Shown: positions 47,691 through 59,187 of the stretch, one piece after another
Position numbering within the stretch: position 1 is the stretch's first letter
How the letters are laid out: each line of letters begins with the position of its first letter
NCBI GenBank assembly: GCA_965662895.1
Contig: CBFIJH010000010.1
Span: 9,975-73,974, forward strand
DNA length: 64,000 nt
Reading direction: 5' to 3'
DNA from: Candidatus Poseidoniaceae archaeon
GTDB lineage: Archaea > Thermoplasmatota > Poseidoniia > Poseidoniales > Poseidoniaceae
Program-made: the position numbers and the translations under genes
The notes under the pieces: model-generated
Database searches by the model: none
What the model was told of the DNA's origin: nothing
Seen by the model: only the letters and a program-made list of their open reading frames with translations

Positions 47691-48965
47691 TCAGGTTCCG
47701 ATGGTGTAATCATCCTGATAGGCGATTTGGGCATCGGTTAGTTTGTCGATTCGGAAGCCAAGTGTTGCGAGTTTTGTTGTTGCAAGTTCTTCATCTTGCT
47801 CTCTGGTAATATCGTAGACTTCAGGACCCATCGAACTCCCGTCTTTTGCGAGACGGCAAAGAGAGAGGAACTGATTTGCAAACGACATGTCCATCACCTC
47901 TGAAGGATGTCCTTCAGCAGCGGCAAGATTGACCAGACGACCCCGTGCAAGCAAGAAGATTCGACGACCATCAGGCATGAGGAATTCTTCGTTATCTTGT
48001 CGAATGGTGCGGACAGATTCAGCCTGTGCTTCCAAATCTGTAATTTTTATTTCACAATCGTAATGCCCTGTATTGCAGACAATTGCTCCGTCTTTCATAA
48101 CGGCAAAGTGACGATCAACAATGATGTCTTCCATACCGGTTGCTGTACAGAAGATGTCACCCAAGGCTGCTGCTTCATCCATTGGCATAACACGGTATCC
48201 GTCCATAACAGCACGTAGTGCTGCAAGGGGGTCAACTTCAGTGACAATCACGTTCGCTCCAAGCCCTTGAGCACGCATAGCAACACCTTTTGCACAATGC
48301 CCATATCCTGCAACAACCATGGTTTTTCCTGCAATCAATACTGAGGTCGCTCGCAAGATACCGTCCATTGTTGATTGGCCTGTCCCATAGACGTTATCAA
48401 AATCCCATTTTGTAATGGCGTCATTGACAGCTATGACAGGGTACTTGAGATCACCTGCAGCAGCCATAGCTCGAAGACGATGTACACCAGTTGTTGTCTC
48501 TTCAGTTCCACCGATGACACCTTCAGCATATTCTGAGCGGTCACCATGAACCCGAACAATCAAGTCTGCACCATCATCAAGAGTCAGCGTCGGTTTGAAC
48601 TCGAGCGTCTTATCGATGCACCAATAGAAGTCATCAACACTTTGTCCGTGCCATGCATAAACTGAGTATCCTTCACGAGCAAGCCAAGCAGCGACGTCAT
48701 CTTGTGTCGAGAGAGGGTTGCAGCCAGACCAGGAGAGTTCCGCACCTGCTGCTGCTATCGTCTCGATGAGGACAGCCGTTTCTTTGGTCACGTGAAGGCA
48801 TCCAGCCACTCGCATGCCAGCGAGCGGCTTGCTTCGTTCTGCTTCTTCTCTTAAGGCAGAAAGCACCGGCATTCTTGAGCGTGCCCAGTCAACTCTCAGT
48901 GATCCTTCTTCAGCAAGCTCAATGTCTCGGACAGCGTAGCCGTCACCGGTATCCAAACCTTCCAT
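47691..48965 (-). CDS. ahcY: Adenosylhomocysteinase
   Basis: GCLHVT, CNPLSTQD, DDGADL, GGTEETTTGV, KWDFDNVYGTGQS, GRLVNL, GHPSEVMDMSF. Confidence 0.96.
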   Translation of the reverse strand: MEGLDTGDGYAVRDIELAEEGSLRVDWARSRMPVLSALREEAERSKPLAGMRVAGCLHVTKETAVLIETIAAAGAELSWSGCNPLSTQDDVAAWLAREGYSVYAWHGQSVDDFYWCIDKTLEFKPTLTLDDGADLIVRVHGDRSEYAEGVIGGTEETTTGVHRLRAMAAAGDLKYPVIAVNDAITKWDFDNVYGTGQSTMDGILRATSVLIAGKTMVVAGYGHCAKGVAMRAQGLGANVIVTEVDPLAALRAVMDGYRVMPMDEAAALGDIFCTATGMEDIIVDRHFAVMKDGAIVCNTGHYDCEIKITDLEAQAESVRTIRQDNEEFLMPDGRRIFLLARGRLVNLAAAEGHPSEVMDMSFANQFLSLCRLAKDGSSMGPEVYDITREQDEELATTKLATLGFRIDKLTDAQIAYQDDYTIGT

Positions 48966-49026
48966 AACCTGCCCGGTCGTTTGGGGTTTTTCAACCCATC
49001 TTCACGACCATGGGGCTTTGGGGAGG

Positions 49027-52000
49027 CTATTGTTGCTGTTGCGCTTGAGCAGCATATTGTTGAGCATACTGTGCAGCCGTTGCCTCATCGTAACCTTGCG
49101 CTACGAACTGTTGGTAGTACTGATTGTAGTATTGCGTGTACAAATCATTGCTCGCAGCGGGTGCAGCAGCAGCGGCAGGAGCCGCAGCAGCCTGTCCAAC
49201 ATACTGAGCGGCATAAGCTCGTGCGGTTTCCTCAGGATATCCTTGAGCAATCAATTGTTGCACATACTGTTCAGTCATGTCCATCTCTTGTCCATAACCA
49301 GCAGCAGCTGCACTCAAGTTGTCGATCTTCTCGCCGCTACCTCCACGGAGGAAGAGTACGGAAACAACGAGGAGCACCAAGACTGAGGCGATGATTCCTA
49401 TGATGAGCATCATGCTATCGTCTTCTGTTTCTTCGCTTGATTGTTCGTTGTTTGACTGTTCAGTCCACTCGCCGGTTTCTGGGTCGTAGGTCCAATCACC
49501 ATTTTCTGAAATCCAATCACACTGCAAGGTGGTAGTGTTCCAAACGAAACCACCGCCGGCAAGGGCAGCGCTTGAATTGGCAAGAACGCCACGACAGATA
49601 CTCAATTTCACTCCTACCGACTTGGTAAGGTTGTCCGACCAACGCTCGTCATCACCTTCGTACACTCGAACCCAAATCTCTACTACTTCGCTTGTGTTGC
49701 TGTATCGGTCGCCGATGAAGAGCGACAATTCGAACGATTCTGAGTCGGAAAGAGCTTCCGTTCGGTCAAATCTGTTGTTGGATTGAAGATTGTACTTCTC
49801 AATTGCAGATGCTTTGAAATCATCCTTGTTGAATGCTGCTTCAACATAGACTTCACCAGTTTCAGAACCTGAGAGTATGGTTCCAGTAATGGTGTAGGTT
49901 TGATCGGAAACAAATCCGGACTCATTTGAGAAATCATCGTATTGGACTTCAGGCATTTCATCACCAAAACCATCAGGAACGACGACGAAATACATTCTGT
50001 ATTTGTCAGAGAATTTGCCGGATGCGTCGTAAACGCGCAGTTCCATACGGATTTGAGACTCCGCTGTTCCTGAATCATCGACGGTTACGTTCTTGAATCT
50101 GTAGGAGAAGAGTCCATTGCTTGCAGCGGTTTCCTCGAATGTGTGACCTTCCAAATTGAACGATGTGTCACCATAAGGCGCATCAAAGAAGATCTTCCAT
50201 TCGTAGGTGACAATACCGTTGCTTCCGTCGATAGCGTCCGCATCGAAGGATTCACTAGCATCAAAGTGAACAACAAGTTCACCAGATTCAGGTAAAATGA
50301 TTCGGTTGACGTCCCATTCCGCGCTCGATACGGTCTTCGTTCCAGTGAACTCAATGTTGTCAACATACTCATCTCGCATGTCAATGCTCATGTTTGCTTC
50401 AGGTGCAAATGCATCGGCCAGTACATCGTTTGTTTCAACAACTACCGAGATGATTCGAGCGTGACCTGCCTCATCATGAAGCATGAGCGTCACAGTCCAT
50501 TGCGCACCCTGGAGACAACCTGTTGCTGAAGACAGGTCGGTCTTACAGAAGGTTGCTGTCGGGGACGCTTCGGAGATATGATCGGTTCCAGTCGCCATCG
50601 TCTGTCCCATCCAGTCGGTTGGGCCATCAAGAATCCAGTCTGCAGTTAATGGTACAGAGGTCCCTGTCATGTAAGCGAAATTGACCGTCGCATCGCTCTT
50701 CATGTAATGCGTTGCGTATCCACCGGTCGATGGGTCGATACCTGGCATCTCATCGTCAATTTTGAGGCCAAGATCTTGTCCCATCGAGCCAAAGCCTTCA
50801 GGATACGGCGTTACTGAGAATTCCAACATGTTTCCGAGAAGCGGGAAGGTTGTGCTGTCGGCTCGTGAGGAATACGTTGCAACATCGATGGTCGAGACAA
50901 TCATACCACCTTGGTAGTAGCTGCACGTACCCATAATGACGTCTTTGCTGTTTTCGCTTGTTCTCAAGAGGCTCTGGAAGTATCCACCGTCCTCCATGTA
51001 ACCGTTGCAAACACCAGGAACATTCTGTGTGCTGACCGAGTTCGTATTGAGAACCGCAGTTGCAACCGTTCCATCGCCCTCAAATCCTTGGAAGGCTGTC
51101 GTTGAAACGTTGTCCATGATTGGGTGGAACGGATCAGCGATGTCGAGACCTGTGTACAGAATCTTCGTTCCGGGTGTGTCTCGGCTCTGAACGTCCATTC
51201 CGAACGGCAATCGACCGTTCAATCCGACATCAAGACCGTAAATTTGCGTACCTTGTGGACCAAGGTGTGCTTGGACGGTACCACCAGCGGACATGAACGA
51301 CTCGAGAGTCTGTCGGTTGGCAGTTGACCCCAATTTTTGATAATAGCCACGGCCACCGCTTTCAACGTCTTTCGCTGCTACATCATCCTGCCATGGAAGG
51401 AGAATCTTGTCGTAATGCGTCATCCATCCAGAATCGAGATACGTGGTCCAATCGTTGATTGCAAACTGTGTGTAACTCATTCCTAGCGTTTGCAAGTCTT
51501 CCTTGATGGTGGAGGTTCGAGCGGTTGAATCGCTTAGGATAGCAACATCGATCTGATCGGCAAAGGTCGCGTGGAAATAACGAACGTTTCCACTCGGGTT
51601 TCCGTTTGCAAGTTCTGCGTGGAAGCTGATGTTGTAGGTATGGCCATCCATCCAATTGTTGAAGGAAGGGAACGTCAAATCAATTCGTTCGTTTGAGGCA
51701 AGTGCCGTGGTCGTCGAAGAGGATGATGCTTGATGGACTTGCATTCCGTCAGTTTCGTCAAAGACCGTCATGTAGAACATGTAATCTCCGCCGAGCACTC
51801 CGTTTGTTGCCCTGAGGTCCCAACTGTGGGCTAGACTACCATCGATTGGTAGAACACACTCGTAGGTACCATCATCAAGACATGCAAGTGTGCTCGGTTT
51901 ACCGAGCGTGATGTCGACAGATTCGACGTTGAAAATCACCTGTTCGATGTTGTTCGAATCGCTCAACTCATTGTCACCAAACCAAGGGACTCCCGCTGTC

Positions 52001-55000
52001 GTGTTGTCAAAAATCGTTTCAGCACGAATCATGTAAACGCCTGAGAAGAATTCGTGGTTTGCAACGGTTGTGGTCGCAACGTCTTCTGCATCAACGTTGG
52101 TGCGGGACGTGGTGTAGGAGGCTTCTTCAAAGAACGTAAATTCTTGCAGTGTGATGTTGTTAAACGCCACACCCTTGAAGCCATCGTTGACCCCGTTTCG
52201 ACCATCGCCATCGCTCTGGAATTCAAAGTTGATGTCAACCGTTGAACCTGCTAATGAGATGCACTCGCGGAACCACTGTAGGCTGTCGGCGGCTGTGTTG
52301 TTGAGAACATAAAGATGCGTCAAGTCAATGCTTCTGGTAAGTACAAGATCGTCTGTGTTGAAGAAAACGTTGTAATTTCCACCGGAGCCATCCGTGCTTG
52401 ATGAATCGCCAATGAATGAGATTTCTGCTTGATTGACGGATTCGCTTGAGTTTGTTACCCCATCATCGTTGTCGTCGTTTCGGCATGTGCCATCCTCGTC
52501 GTAATCGTTCCACTGTCCGAGAAGAACCGCTGAGTACGAATCTGAACCCTTGGTGAAGTCGACGTTAATCGATGCGTAGTCGTTCACGTCGACAATCGAG
52601 GTTCCATCGACATCGATACCATAGAAGGTGTCAGCGTAGTACTCGAAGTTCAACGAAACGAAATCTCCGGACATTCCTGTCAAATCGACGTTCGGAATTG
52701 TGAGCGTTTCATTTTCCCAGAGGTCGCCATAACCTTGCGTAGCAGTATCACAGGGGTGGCCAAACCAATACGCATTGTTGTTGAAGATTGGATCGTTGCA
52801 CGTGGCTTCGTTGTAGATTGCTCCTTGTGGGTTGCCATCATCGCTGTAGACGTATCCTTCAGCTCCACCTTCGAACGATTCCTTACAGATAACCGCTGGT
52901 GCGCTACACAACACATCGGACGGTGTTGCAGAGAAGACTGTCGCTTCAATGTCAAAGTCAACCATGGTATTGCCCCAGTTGTTGGTGACAACATCGATGT
53001 CAAACAGCCCTTCAGCATACAATCCACCAGGATTGAAGTACTCGATTCCTTCGATGGTAGGGTCGTAGAGGTTGAACGGTTGTACGTAGCCGATGATGTC
53101 ATCGTTAACGGATTGCTCATCCCATGCATGATTGCTCAGTGTTGCTGAAATTCGGTAGATTGTATCGTTGAGTAGATTTGCAGAAATGTTTGCAGTCTCT
53201 GTTTCACCCGGCCCAAGATTCTGGAGACTGAGTTGGCGCTGAAGCGTTTGTGGGTTCGGGAAATATGCAGTGTTCTGTTTGTAGATGGTAACGTTATCAA
53301 TGGCATATCCATCACGACCGGTCCACAGCGACTCGTTATCATCAGCGATGGAACCTTCAAACCCGGAACGGAGTCGGAAACGAATGTCGACCGTTTCACC
53401 GGCCCATGGTGAAAGATCGAATTCACCGACGCCATCTTGCGTAAAGTTGTCCCATCCATAATATGTACCGGAGCTGTAGAGGCCGTAATAGTAGACACCT
53501 TCGGCGACACCTCCGATGCCGTTGATCTTGAACGCCCGATCGTTGTCGTACCCGCCCCAAAGAGTGGAGCCTGAAAGACAAGCACCAGCAACTTGTGCAG
53601 AGGTTGGACATGCGATGACCGACCATCCAGTTTCGTCAGACCCGACTTCAATCATCGCCACATCGTCCCATAGTTCTCCAATGAGCCATTGTCCAGTTGT
53701 AGCGTCAACAGAACCCAAGGCTCCAAAGCCAAGGTGGCGGAACAACTCAACGCTGAGGAAGGCTCGGTCAGAGCCAGTCAAATCAACATCTGTCAATGTC
53801 AAGGCATCGTCCCAATGTCGGCCGTAACCAGACCAGAGGTCTCCACTGCTGTTGGTCTTGTATTCCCCTGCCCACATGAAGTCGGTTGGGTTCTGGTAGT
53901 TCGCAGATAGGTTCGGCGCGTTGTTTCCGTCGGTTGCACCCACGGAATTGTTCGTTTCAAGAATCCAGCTCGAGGATTGATCGACATACTCGTCAAAGGA
54001 CCACGTACATCCTCCACCGCAACCTGTTGCATCTGCAGGAGTATCGAAGTCGTGCGTAAATACTGTGGAATTCGATGAGTTGGCTTCGTCGACGACCTTG
54101 AGTTCAACATCGAGCGTCGCTGTTTGTGTGAGCGTGTCCATTCCAGTGTTTGTGACGGTGACATTGATTTCACGAGTACCTTCACCGACTGCACCAAAGA
54201 AACGGTCAACAGGATTGATGTCTATGCCAGTAATCGCAATGTCTTTGTTGTCCATTTCGACAACAGTGACATAGTCGTACTGACCATCCCATCCAAGGTT
54301 ATCAATCCAACTTCCGAAACTGTAGGACGCATGTCCAACAACGATATCAGGTGCAGAGTTCGAAGCACCCGCAAGTTGTCCAACAACGGCGATGTTTGGT
54401 CGACGGCCGGCCTCGTAGGAGAGTGGTGTCACGTAGCCACCCGATCCATCGGAGAGGGTGACTTGAACAGTTGTTGGGAAGTTGAGCCAGAAGGAGGATG
54501 TTGAACCCCCAGCTGAGTCCGATGTGTTTTGTTGGTAAGCAACGGTTGGGTTGACGAAGTCTGGTTCGCCATCGCCGTTGATGTCTGCGACAGTGACGTC
54601 ATAGGAGATGTACGGCCCAAAGTAAGCAAGTGTGGGATTCGACCAGGTTCCAACCGTTGATGATGTTGAATACGTGATGTTCTCCAGATTCCCTTGCGTC
54701 ATAGCGATGGTGTCGATTGTTCCATCGTCATCGATATCACCGATGTCGAATGCTCCAAACGTGTTGGCCATGTTCACGACGTGAGTGTCGATTTGATTGG
54801 TTCCGTAAGCATAGGTTGTTGGGAATTGGTTTGAAAGACAATTGAATTCGATGATTGTAACGTTGTCGTCGTTACCCGGGTTTGTGGTTTGACCGGTCGT
54901 GTAGTCAACACCTTCGCTCCTTAGGAGCCAAATGTCCTCGTCGACGCAGGTGGTTCCAATCCCTTGTGTTTCGCCCCAATCGCCGATTTCGAGATCTCTG

Positions 55001-55692
55001 TAGGCGTTCGTGTTCGACGTTCCCAACGATGTTGTCAGTGGCGTTGTACTCGCTCCGATTGGGCCGAGGTAGGTGACGACACGTTGATTTGAGATATCGT
55101 TGAGCAGGTCGAGGATAACGACGTCATCGTTTCCATCCTGGTTAACGTCCCCGACGGCGAGGTCCCATGCCCAAAAGTGGGTGAATCGTTGGCCGATGGT
55201 GAAGGAGTTGCTGCTGCACCCATCGTTTTCAAGGATGGTCAAGTTACCTGGTTCGCCAGCCGGCGCACCGTTATCGTCTCTCTTGAACGGGTTGTTTCTC
55301 TGGAAAATGACGATGTCTGCCACACCATCGCCATCGAAATCACCGACTTCGAGGAATTGAACGTTGGAGAACTCATCCCATTCTGCGTTACGCGAGGTGT
55401 TCTTCGAAACCCATACGTCGTAGCGCTCAGAGAAATCTCCGTTACCATCGTTGAGGAGAATGGAGATGGTGTGCGTACCGTCTGTTGCAATCGCCATGTC
55501 GTTGTGACCATCGCAATTGAAGTCGGCAATACCGATGTCAATCGGATCACGATTTGTTGTGTAATTTCGGGCAGCGGAGGCGCTTGCATTGGTTGCAAAT
55601 GCAGCCGTCGTCGATAGAACCATAATGAGAACGAGGAAAATACTCTGAAGTTTTGACCCGATTTGGTTTGTCTTTGTTTGCATCAATATCAC
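49027..55692 (-). CDS. Giant (2221 aa) cell-surface protein: FG-GAP/VCBS repeats, jelly-roll and Ig/PKD-like domains, C-terminal TM and Q/Y/A-rich cytoplasmic tail
   Basis: Signal peptide; DFNCDGHND, DFDGDGVAD, DVNQDGNDD, DIDDDGTID, DINGDGEPD; FDLSPWAGETVDIRFR; FDASESFDAD...YEW; TM IIGIIASVLVLLVVSVLFL. Confidence 0.85.
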   Translation of the reverse strand: MILMQTKTNQIGSKLQSIFLVLIMVLSTTAAFATNASASAARNYTTNRDPIDIGIADFNCDGHNDMAIATDGTHTISILLNDGNGDFSERYDVWVSKNTSRNAEWDEFSNVQFLEVGDFDGDGVADIVIFQRNNPFKRDDNGAPAGEPGNLTILENDGCSSNSFTIGQRFTHFWAWDLAVGDVNQDGNDDVVILDLLNDISNQRVVTYLGPIGASTTPLTTSLGTSNTNAYRDLEIGDWGETQGIGTTCVDEDIWLLRSEGVDYTTGQTTNPGNDDNVTIIEFNCLSNQFPTTYAYGTNQIDTHVVNMANTFGAFDIGDIDDDGTIDTIAMTQGNLENITYSTSSTVGTWSNPTLAYFGPYISYDVTVADINGDGEPDFVNPTVAYQQNTSDSAGGSTSSFWLNFPTTVQVTLSDGSGGYVTPLSYEAGRRPNIAVVGQLAGASNSAPDIVVGHASYSFGSWIDNLGWDGQYDYVTVVEMDNKDIAITGIDINPVDRFFGAVGEGTREINVTVTNTGMDTLTQTATLDVELKVVDEANSSNSTVFTHDFDTPADATGCGGGCTWSFDEYVDQSSSWILETNNSVGATDGNNAPNLSANYQNPTDFMWAGEYKTNSSGDLWSGYGRHWDDALTLTDVDLTGSDRAFLSVELFRHLGFGALGSVDATTGQWLIGELWDDVAMIEVGSDETGWSVIACPTSAQVAGACLSGSTLWGGYDNDRAFKINGIGGVAEGVYYYGLYSSGTYYGWDNFTQDGVGEFDLSPWAGETVDIRFRLRSGFEGSIADDNESLWTGRDGYAIDNVTIYKQNTAYFPNPQTLQRQLSLQNLGPGETETANISANLLNDTIYRISATLSNHAWDEQSVNDDIIGYVQPFNLYDPTIEGIEYFNPGGLYAEGLFDIDVVTNNWGNTMVDFDIEATVFSATPSDVLCSAPAVICKESFEGGAEGYVYSDDGNPQGAIYNEATCNDPIFNNNAYWFGHPCDTATQGYGDLWENETLTIPNVDLTGMSGDFVSLNFEYYADTFYGIDVDGTSIVDVNDYASINVDFTKGSDSYSAVLLGQWNDYDEDGTCRNDDNDDGVTNSSESVNQAEISFIGDSSSTDGSGGNYNVFFNTDDLVLTRSIDLTHLYVLNNTAADSLQWFRECISLAGSTVDINFEFQSDGDGRNGVNDGFKGVAFNNITLQEFTFFEEASYTTSRTNVDAEDVATTTVANHEFFSGVYMIRAETIFDNTTAGVPWFGDNELSDSNNIEQVIFNVESVDITLGKPSTLACLDDGTYECVLPIDGSLAHSWDLRATNGVLGGDYMFYMTVFDETDGMQVHQASSSSTTTALASNERIDLTFPSFNNWMDGHTYNISFHAELANGNPSGNVRYFHATFADQIDVAILSDSTARTSTIKEDLQTLGMSYTQFAINDWTTYLDSGWMTHYDKILLPWQDDVAAKDVESGGRGYYQKLGSTANRQTLESFMSAGGTVQAHLGPQGTQIYGLDVGLNGRLPFGMDVQSRDTPGTKILYTGLDIADPFHPIMDNVSTTAFQGFEGDGTVATAVLNTNSVSTQNVPGVCNGYMEDGGYFQSLLRTSENSKDVIMGTCSYYQGGMIVSTIDVATYSSRADSTTFPLLGNMLEFSVTPYPEGFGSMGQDLGLKIDDEMPGIDPSTGGYATHYMKSDATVNFAYMTGTSVPLTADWILDGPTDWMGQTMATGTDHISEASPTATFCKTDLSSATGCLQGAQWTVTLMLHDEAGHARIISVVVETNDVLADAFAPEANMSIDMRDEYVDNIEFTGTKTVSSAEWDVNRIILPESGELVVHFDASESFDADAIDGSNGIVTYEWKIFFDAPYGDTSFNLEGHTFEETAASNGLFSYRFKNVTVDDSGTAESQIRMELRVYDASGKFSDKYRMYFVVVPDGFGDEMPEVQYDDFSNESGFVSDQTYTITGTILSGSETGEVYVEAAFNKDDFKASAIEKYNLQSNNRFDRTEALSDSESFELSLFIGDRYSNTSEVVEIWVRVYEGDDERWSDNLTKSVGVKLSICRGVLANSSAALAGGGFVWNTTTLQCDWISENGDWTYDPETGEWTEQSNNEQSSEETEDDSMMLIIGIIASVLVLLVVSVLFLRGGSGEKIDNLSAAAAGYGQEMDMTEQYVQQLIAQGYPEETARAYAAQYVGQAAAAPAAAAAPAASNDLYTQYYNQYYQQFVAQGYDEATAAQYAQQYAAQAQQQQ

Positions 55693-55786
55693 TCATCTAA
55701 GCCAGCCATACTTCCACTATAACCCCTTTGATGCCACGCTTCGCAAAAAGGGAGGCGAATGTGCGATAATGCTCGCCAATTCTAAC

Positions 55787-56446
55787 TTAACCAAGCCACC
55801 GAGGAGAAGGACCCCAACCGGTTGCATCTCCACCGTGAATCTTGACAAGTTTACCCGCAGCAAAAAGCGAATCGAGCCATACGCTGAGTTCAACACCGGA
55901 ACGCCCACCGAGCTTGGCTCCTGCGACCTCTTCGATGGTCTCGGTTGCAAGAGCGGTTCGACCCCCTTCTCGCACAACAAGTCGCATCAATTCCTTCAGC
56001 CATGCCTCCGCCATCGGATCGACGCTCATCTCGCCTTGGATTGGACGCGGCTCATCAAGTTCTGAGAAAGCATCCATCAGTTCGAAAACGTCGTTCGCAC
56101 TTGGTGGTTCAAGCCCTATTTTCTCGATTTCGAGTTCGATGTTCAAAGCCCCGATTGGGCGTTTTACGACAGGAATACGGCTTGGATCTGGCTCTGGCCC
56201 CATATCGCTTGGAGGAGCGAGCATTGCCCCCTCGCTTTCGTCGTTTTCTGAATCCCCAGCGATCTCATTTGAGGACGGTTTTCCAAGAGACATCATCGTG
56301 CCGACATCCGACAGACCAAGATCATCGACAATGGATTGGACCCAAGCTTTCTTGCCTTCAATGGTCACATTCACATCGAGTTCATCGGAGCGAAAGGTGT
56401 ATTGAACATCGTTGGATGACACGTCACCGACTCCATTTGGTTTCAT
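55787..56446 (-). CDS. Hypothetical protein downstream of acnA
   Basis: ORF trimmed to ATG 56446, immediately after the acnA stop; acidic, Pro-rich linker, possible C-terminal winged helix. Confidence 0.65.
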   Translation of the reverse strand: MKPNGVGDVSSNDVQYTFRSDELDVNVTIEGKKAWVQSIVDDLGLSDVGTMMSLGKPSSNEIAGDSENDESEGAMLAPPSDMGPEPDPSRIPVVKRPIGALNIELEIEKIGLEPPSANDVFELMDAFSELDEPRPIQGEMSVDPMAEAWLKELMRLVVREGGRTALATETIEEVAGAKLGGRSGVELSVWLDSLFAAGKLVKIHGGDATGWGPSPRWLG

Positions 56447-56447
56447 T

Positions 56448-59153
56448 TCAAGATGTCGATTCCGAGGTCGCCGCGAGCTGTCGCAGGACGGTGTGAAGGA
56501 TTCCACCATTGCGATAGTATTCGACTTCAACCGGTGTATCAAGCCGCACAGATGCGTTGAAATCGACGGTTGTACCATCGATGCGTGTTGCCGTGATTGT
56601 AAGTTCTTGGAGAGGTTGCACGTCGTTTGTAATTGGAATCGAAAACGATTCCGTTCCGTCCAGTCCAAGGGTTTCATGCGATTCCCCTTCATTAAACGTC
56701 AGCGGTAAAACACCCATTCCGACGAGGTTGGATCGGTGGATACGTTCGAACGATGTTGCAAGAACGGCCTTAACACCCAAAAGATAGGTCCCTTTTGCAG
56801 CCCAATCGCGTGAAGAGCCTGTTCCATACTGCGAGCCTGCTAAGACGACCATTGGGCCATCGTGGCTCATTGCGGCATCGTACACTGAGGTCACTTCACC
56901 GGTCGCATGGTTGAGAGCATAACCGCCCTCAGTTCCAGGTGCGAGTTGGTTTCGTATTCGCACGTTGGCAAACGTTCCACGCATCATGATTTCATGATTG
57001 CCTCGGCGACTACCAAATGAATTGAAATCGGCTTTTGCTACTCCGCGCTCGACCAGCCACTGCCCCGCAGGCCCGCTTTCTGGGAAAGAGCCAGCAGGCG
57101 ATATGTGGTCTGTGGTTATGGAATCACCAAGTTTCAGCAAGACCTTTGCATCGGTGATCGGTTCGATCGGGTCGGCTTCAGCAGAGAGATTCTGGAAGAA
57201 TGTCGGCAGACGAATGTAGGTCGAATCTTCATCCCATGGATAAAGCGGGCTTGGTTCGGAAGGAATTGAATCCCATCGTGGCTCATTCATTGCATCGGCA
57301 TAACGTTGTTTGAACATCTCTGGCGTAATCGCAGAGCGGGCCGCTTCAATCTCCGCAGTTGATGGCCATAGATCTGAAAGCATGACTGGAGATCCATCGG
57401 TTGCTGTACCAATTGGTTCAGTTGTCAAATCGATTTCAAGCGTTCCTGCCAAAGCATAAGCAACGACAAGAGGCGGGGAAGCAAGATAGGATGCTTTGAC
57501 TTTCCCGTGGACTCGTCCCTCGAAATTTCTGTTTCCGGACAAGACGCTTCCAACAATTAAGTTCCCTTCATCAATAGCCGCATCAACTTCCTCGGGGAGA
57601 GGTCCTGAATTTCCGATACAGGTCGTGCATCCGTAACCAACGACGTTGAAGCCGAGGGCGTTTAGGTCGTCCTGGAGGCCGGTCGCCTCGTAGTATTCGG
57701 TGACAACTCGGCTACCTGGGGCTAGTGAGGTGCGAACCCAAGGCTTGACGCTGAGACCAAAGGAACGTGCTTTTCGGGCGACAAGCCCTGCTGCAAGCAT
57801 AACGTCTGGATTTGAGGTGTTCGTACAGGAGGTTATCGCTGCAATCACAACATCACCATGATTCAAATCATAGATTTCTCCATCGTGTTCAACAATGGCA
57901 CCGTTGTTTAATTCCGACGCATCAAGGCCATGTCCTTCAAATCCGAGATCGTTGGTGAGGGAGTGAATGAAATGGGATTTCATATCTTTCAGATCAACTC
58001 GATCCTGCGGACGCTTCGGTCCTGCAAGAGCAGGAAGGATTGTACCCAAATCCAATTCAAGAACATCCGTATAGGATTTTTCAGCATCGCTTGCATCGTA
58101 CCATAGACCTTGAGCCTTGGAGAATGCTTCAACACCAGCAAGCGCTTCTTCATCACGACCCGTCAATCGAAGGTACTCGATGGTTCGTTCATCGACTGGG
58201 AAAAATCCACAGGTTGCACCATATTCAGGCGCCATGTTTGCGATGGTGGCTCGATCCGCAAGAGAAAGCGCAGCCATTCCTTCACCAAAGAATTCAACGA
58301 ATTTTCCGACAACACCGTGTTCCCGAAGCATTTCAACGATTCGAAGTGTCATGTCGGTCGCGGTAACACCTTCATTGAGTGTTCCAGTCAAGCGTACACC
58401 AACAACGTCCGGCGAGAGCATGTAGATTGGTTGCCCGAGCATCACTGCTTCGGCCTCAATTCCACCAACACCCCATCCAAGGACACCGAGTCCGTTGACC
58501 ATGGTCGTATGCGAATCGGTTCCGACAAGCGTATCGGCAAGCCAGATGTTGTTTTCAGCTCGTGCTACGCTGGCGAGGAATTCAAGATTCACTTGGTGGA
58601 CAATTCCTCGAGAAGGAGGTACTGCTTGGAAATTGGCAAGTGATTGTTGACCCCATTTGAGGAATGTGTATCGCTCCATATTTCGGTGGTATTCAATGTC
58701 GAGATTGAGTTGCAAAGCATCTGGATTTGCACCGGAGACATCGACTTGCACCGAGTGATCGATGACCAAATCAACAGGGACCTGTGGATTTACTTTCTCA
58801 GGGTCTCCACCCATCTGAACCATCGCATCACGAAGAGCAGCAAGGTCAACGACGGCAGGGACACCAGTGAAATCTTGCAAAATGACACGAGAAGGACGGA
58901 ATGGAATTTCTCCACGCTCACCAGTGGCTTCCCATCCAGCAATAGCCTTGACGTCTTCTTCTCGAATCAAAAAGCCATCACAATTACGCAGAGCGCCTTC
59001 CAATAAGACACGCATTGAGTATGGAAGATGCTTGGTGGGAATTCCACCATCGTCAAGGGCTGAAAGGGCGTAATATGTGCCGCCCACGGCAAGTTCTCGC
59101 TTCGCTAAAAACGGGTCCAATTCGCTCATCATTCCAAGGGACTCGCGCCCCAT
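56448..59153 (-). CDS. acnA: Aconitate hydratase A
   Basis: [62 protein letters not shown]. Confidence 0.97.
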   Translation of the reverse strand: MGRESLGMMSELDPFLAKRELAVGGTYYALSALDDGGIPTKHLPYSMRVLLEGALRNCDGFLIREEDVKAIAGWEATGERGEIPFRPSRVILQDFTGVPAVVDLAALRDAMVQMGGDPEKVNPQVPVDLVIDHSVQVDVSGANPDALQLNLDIEYHRNMERYTFLKWGQQSLANFQAVPPSRGIVHQVNLEFLASVARAENNIWLADTLVGTDSHTTMVNGLGVLGWGVGGIEAEAVMLGQPIYMLSPDVVGVRLTGTLNEGVTATDMTLRIVEMLREHGVVGKFVEFFGEGMAALSLADRATIANMAPEYGATCGFFPVDERTIEYLRLTGRDEEALAGVEAFSKAQGLWYDASDAEKSYTDVLELDLGTILPALAGPKRPQDRVDLKDMKSHFIHSLTNDLGFEGHGLDASELNNGAIVEHDGEIYDLNHGDVVIAAITSCTNTSNPDVMLAAGLVARKARSFGLSVKPWVRTSLAPGSRVVTEYYEATGLQDDLNALGFNVVGYGCTTCIGNSGPLPEEVDAAIDEGNLIVGSVLSGNRNFEGRVHGKVKASYLASPPLVVAYALAGTLEIDLTTEPIGTATDGSPVMLSDLWPSTAEIEAARSAITPEMFKQRYADAMNEPRWDSIPSEPSPLYPWDEDSTYIRLPTFFQNLSAEADPIEPITDAKVLLKLGDSITTDHISPAGSFPESGPAGQWLVERGVAKADFNSFGSRRGNHEIMMRGTFANVRIRNQLAPGTEGGYALNHATGEVTSVYDAAMSHDGPMVVLAGSQYGTGSSRDWAAKGTYLLGVKAVLATSFERIHRSNLVGMGVLPLTFNEGESHETLGLDGTESFSIPITNDVQPLQELTITATRIDGTTVDFNASVRLDTPVEVEYYRNGGILHTVLRQLAATSESTS

Positions 59154-59187
59154 TAATCAACCGAACTGTTCAATTTTCTGTAAGGCT

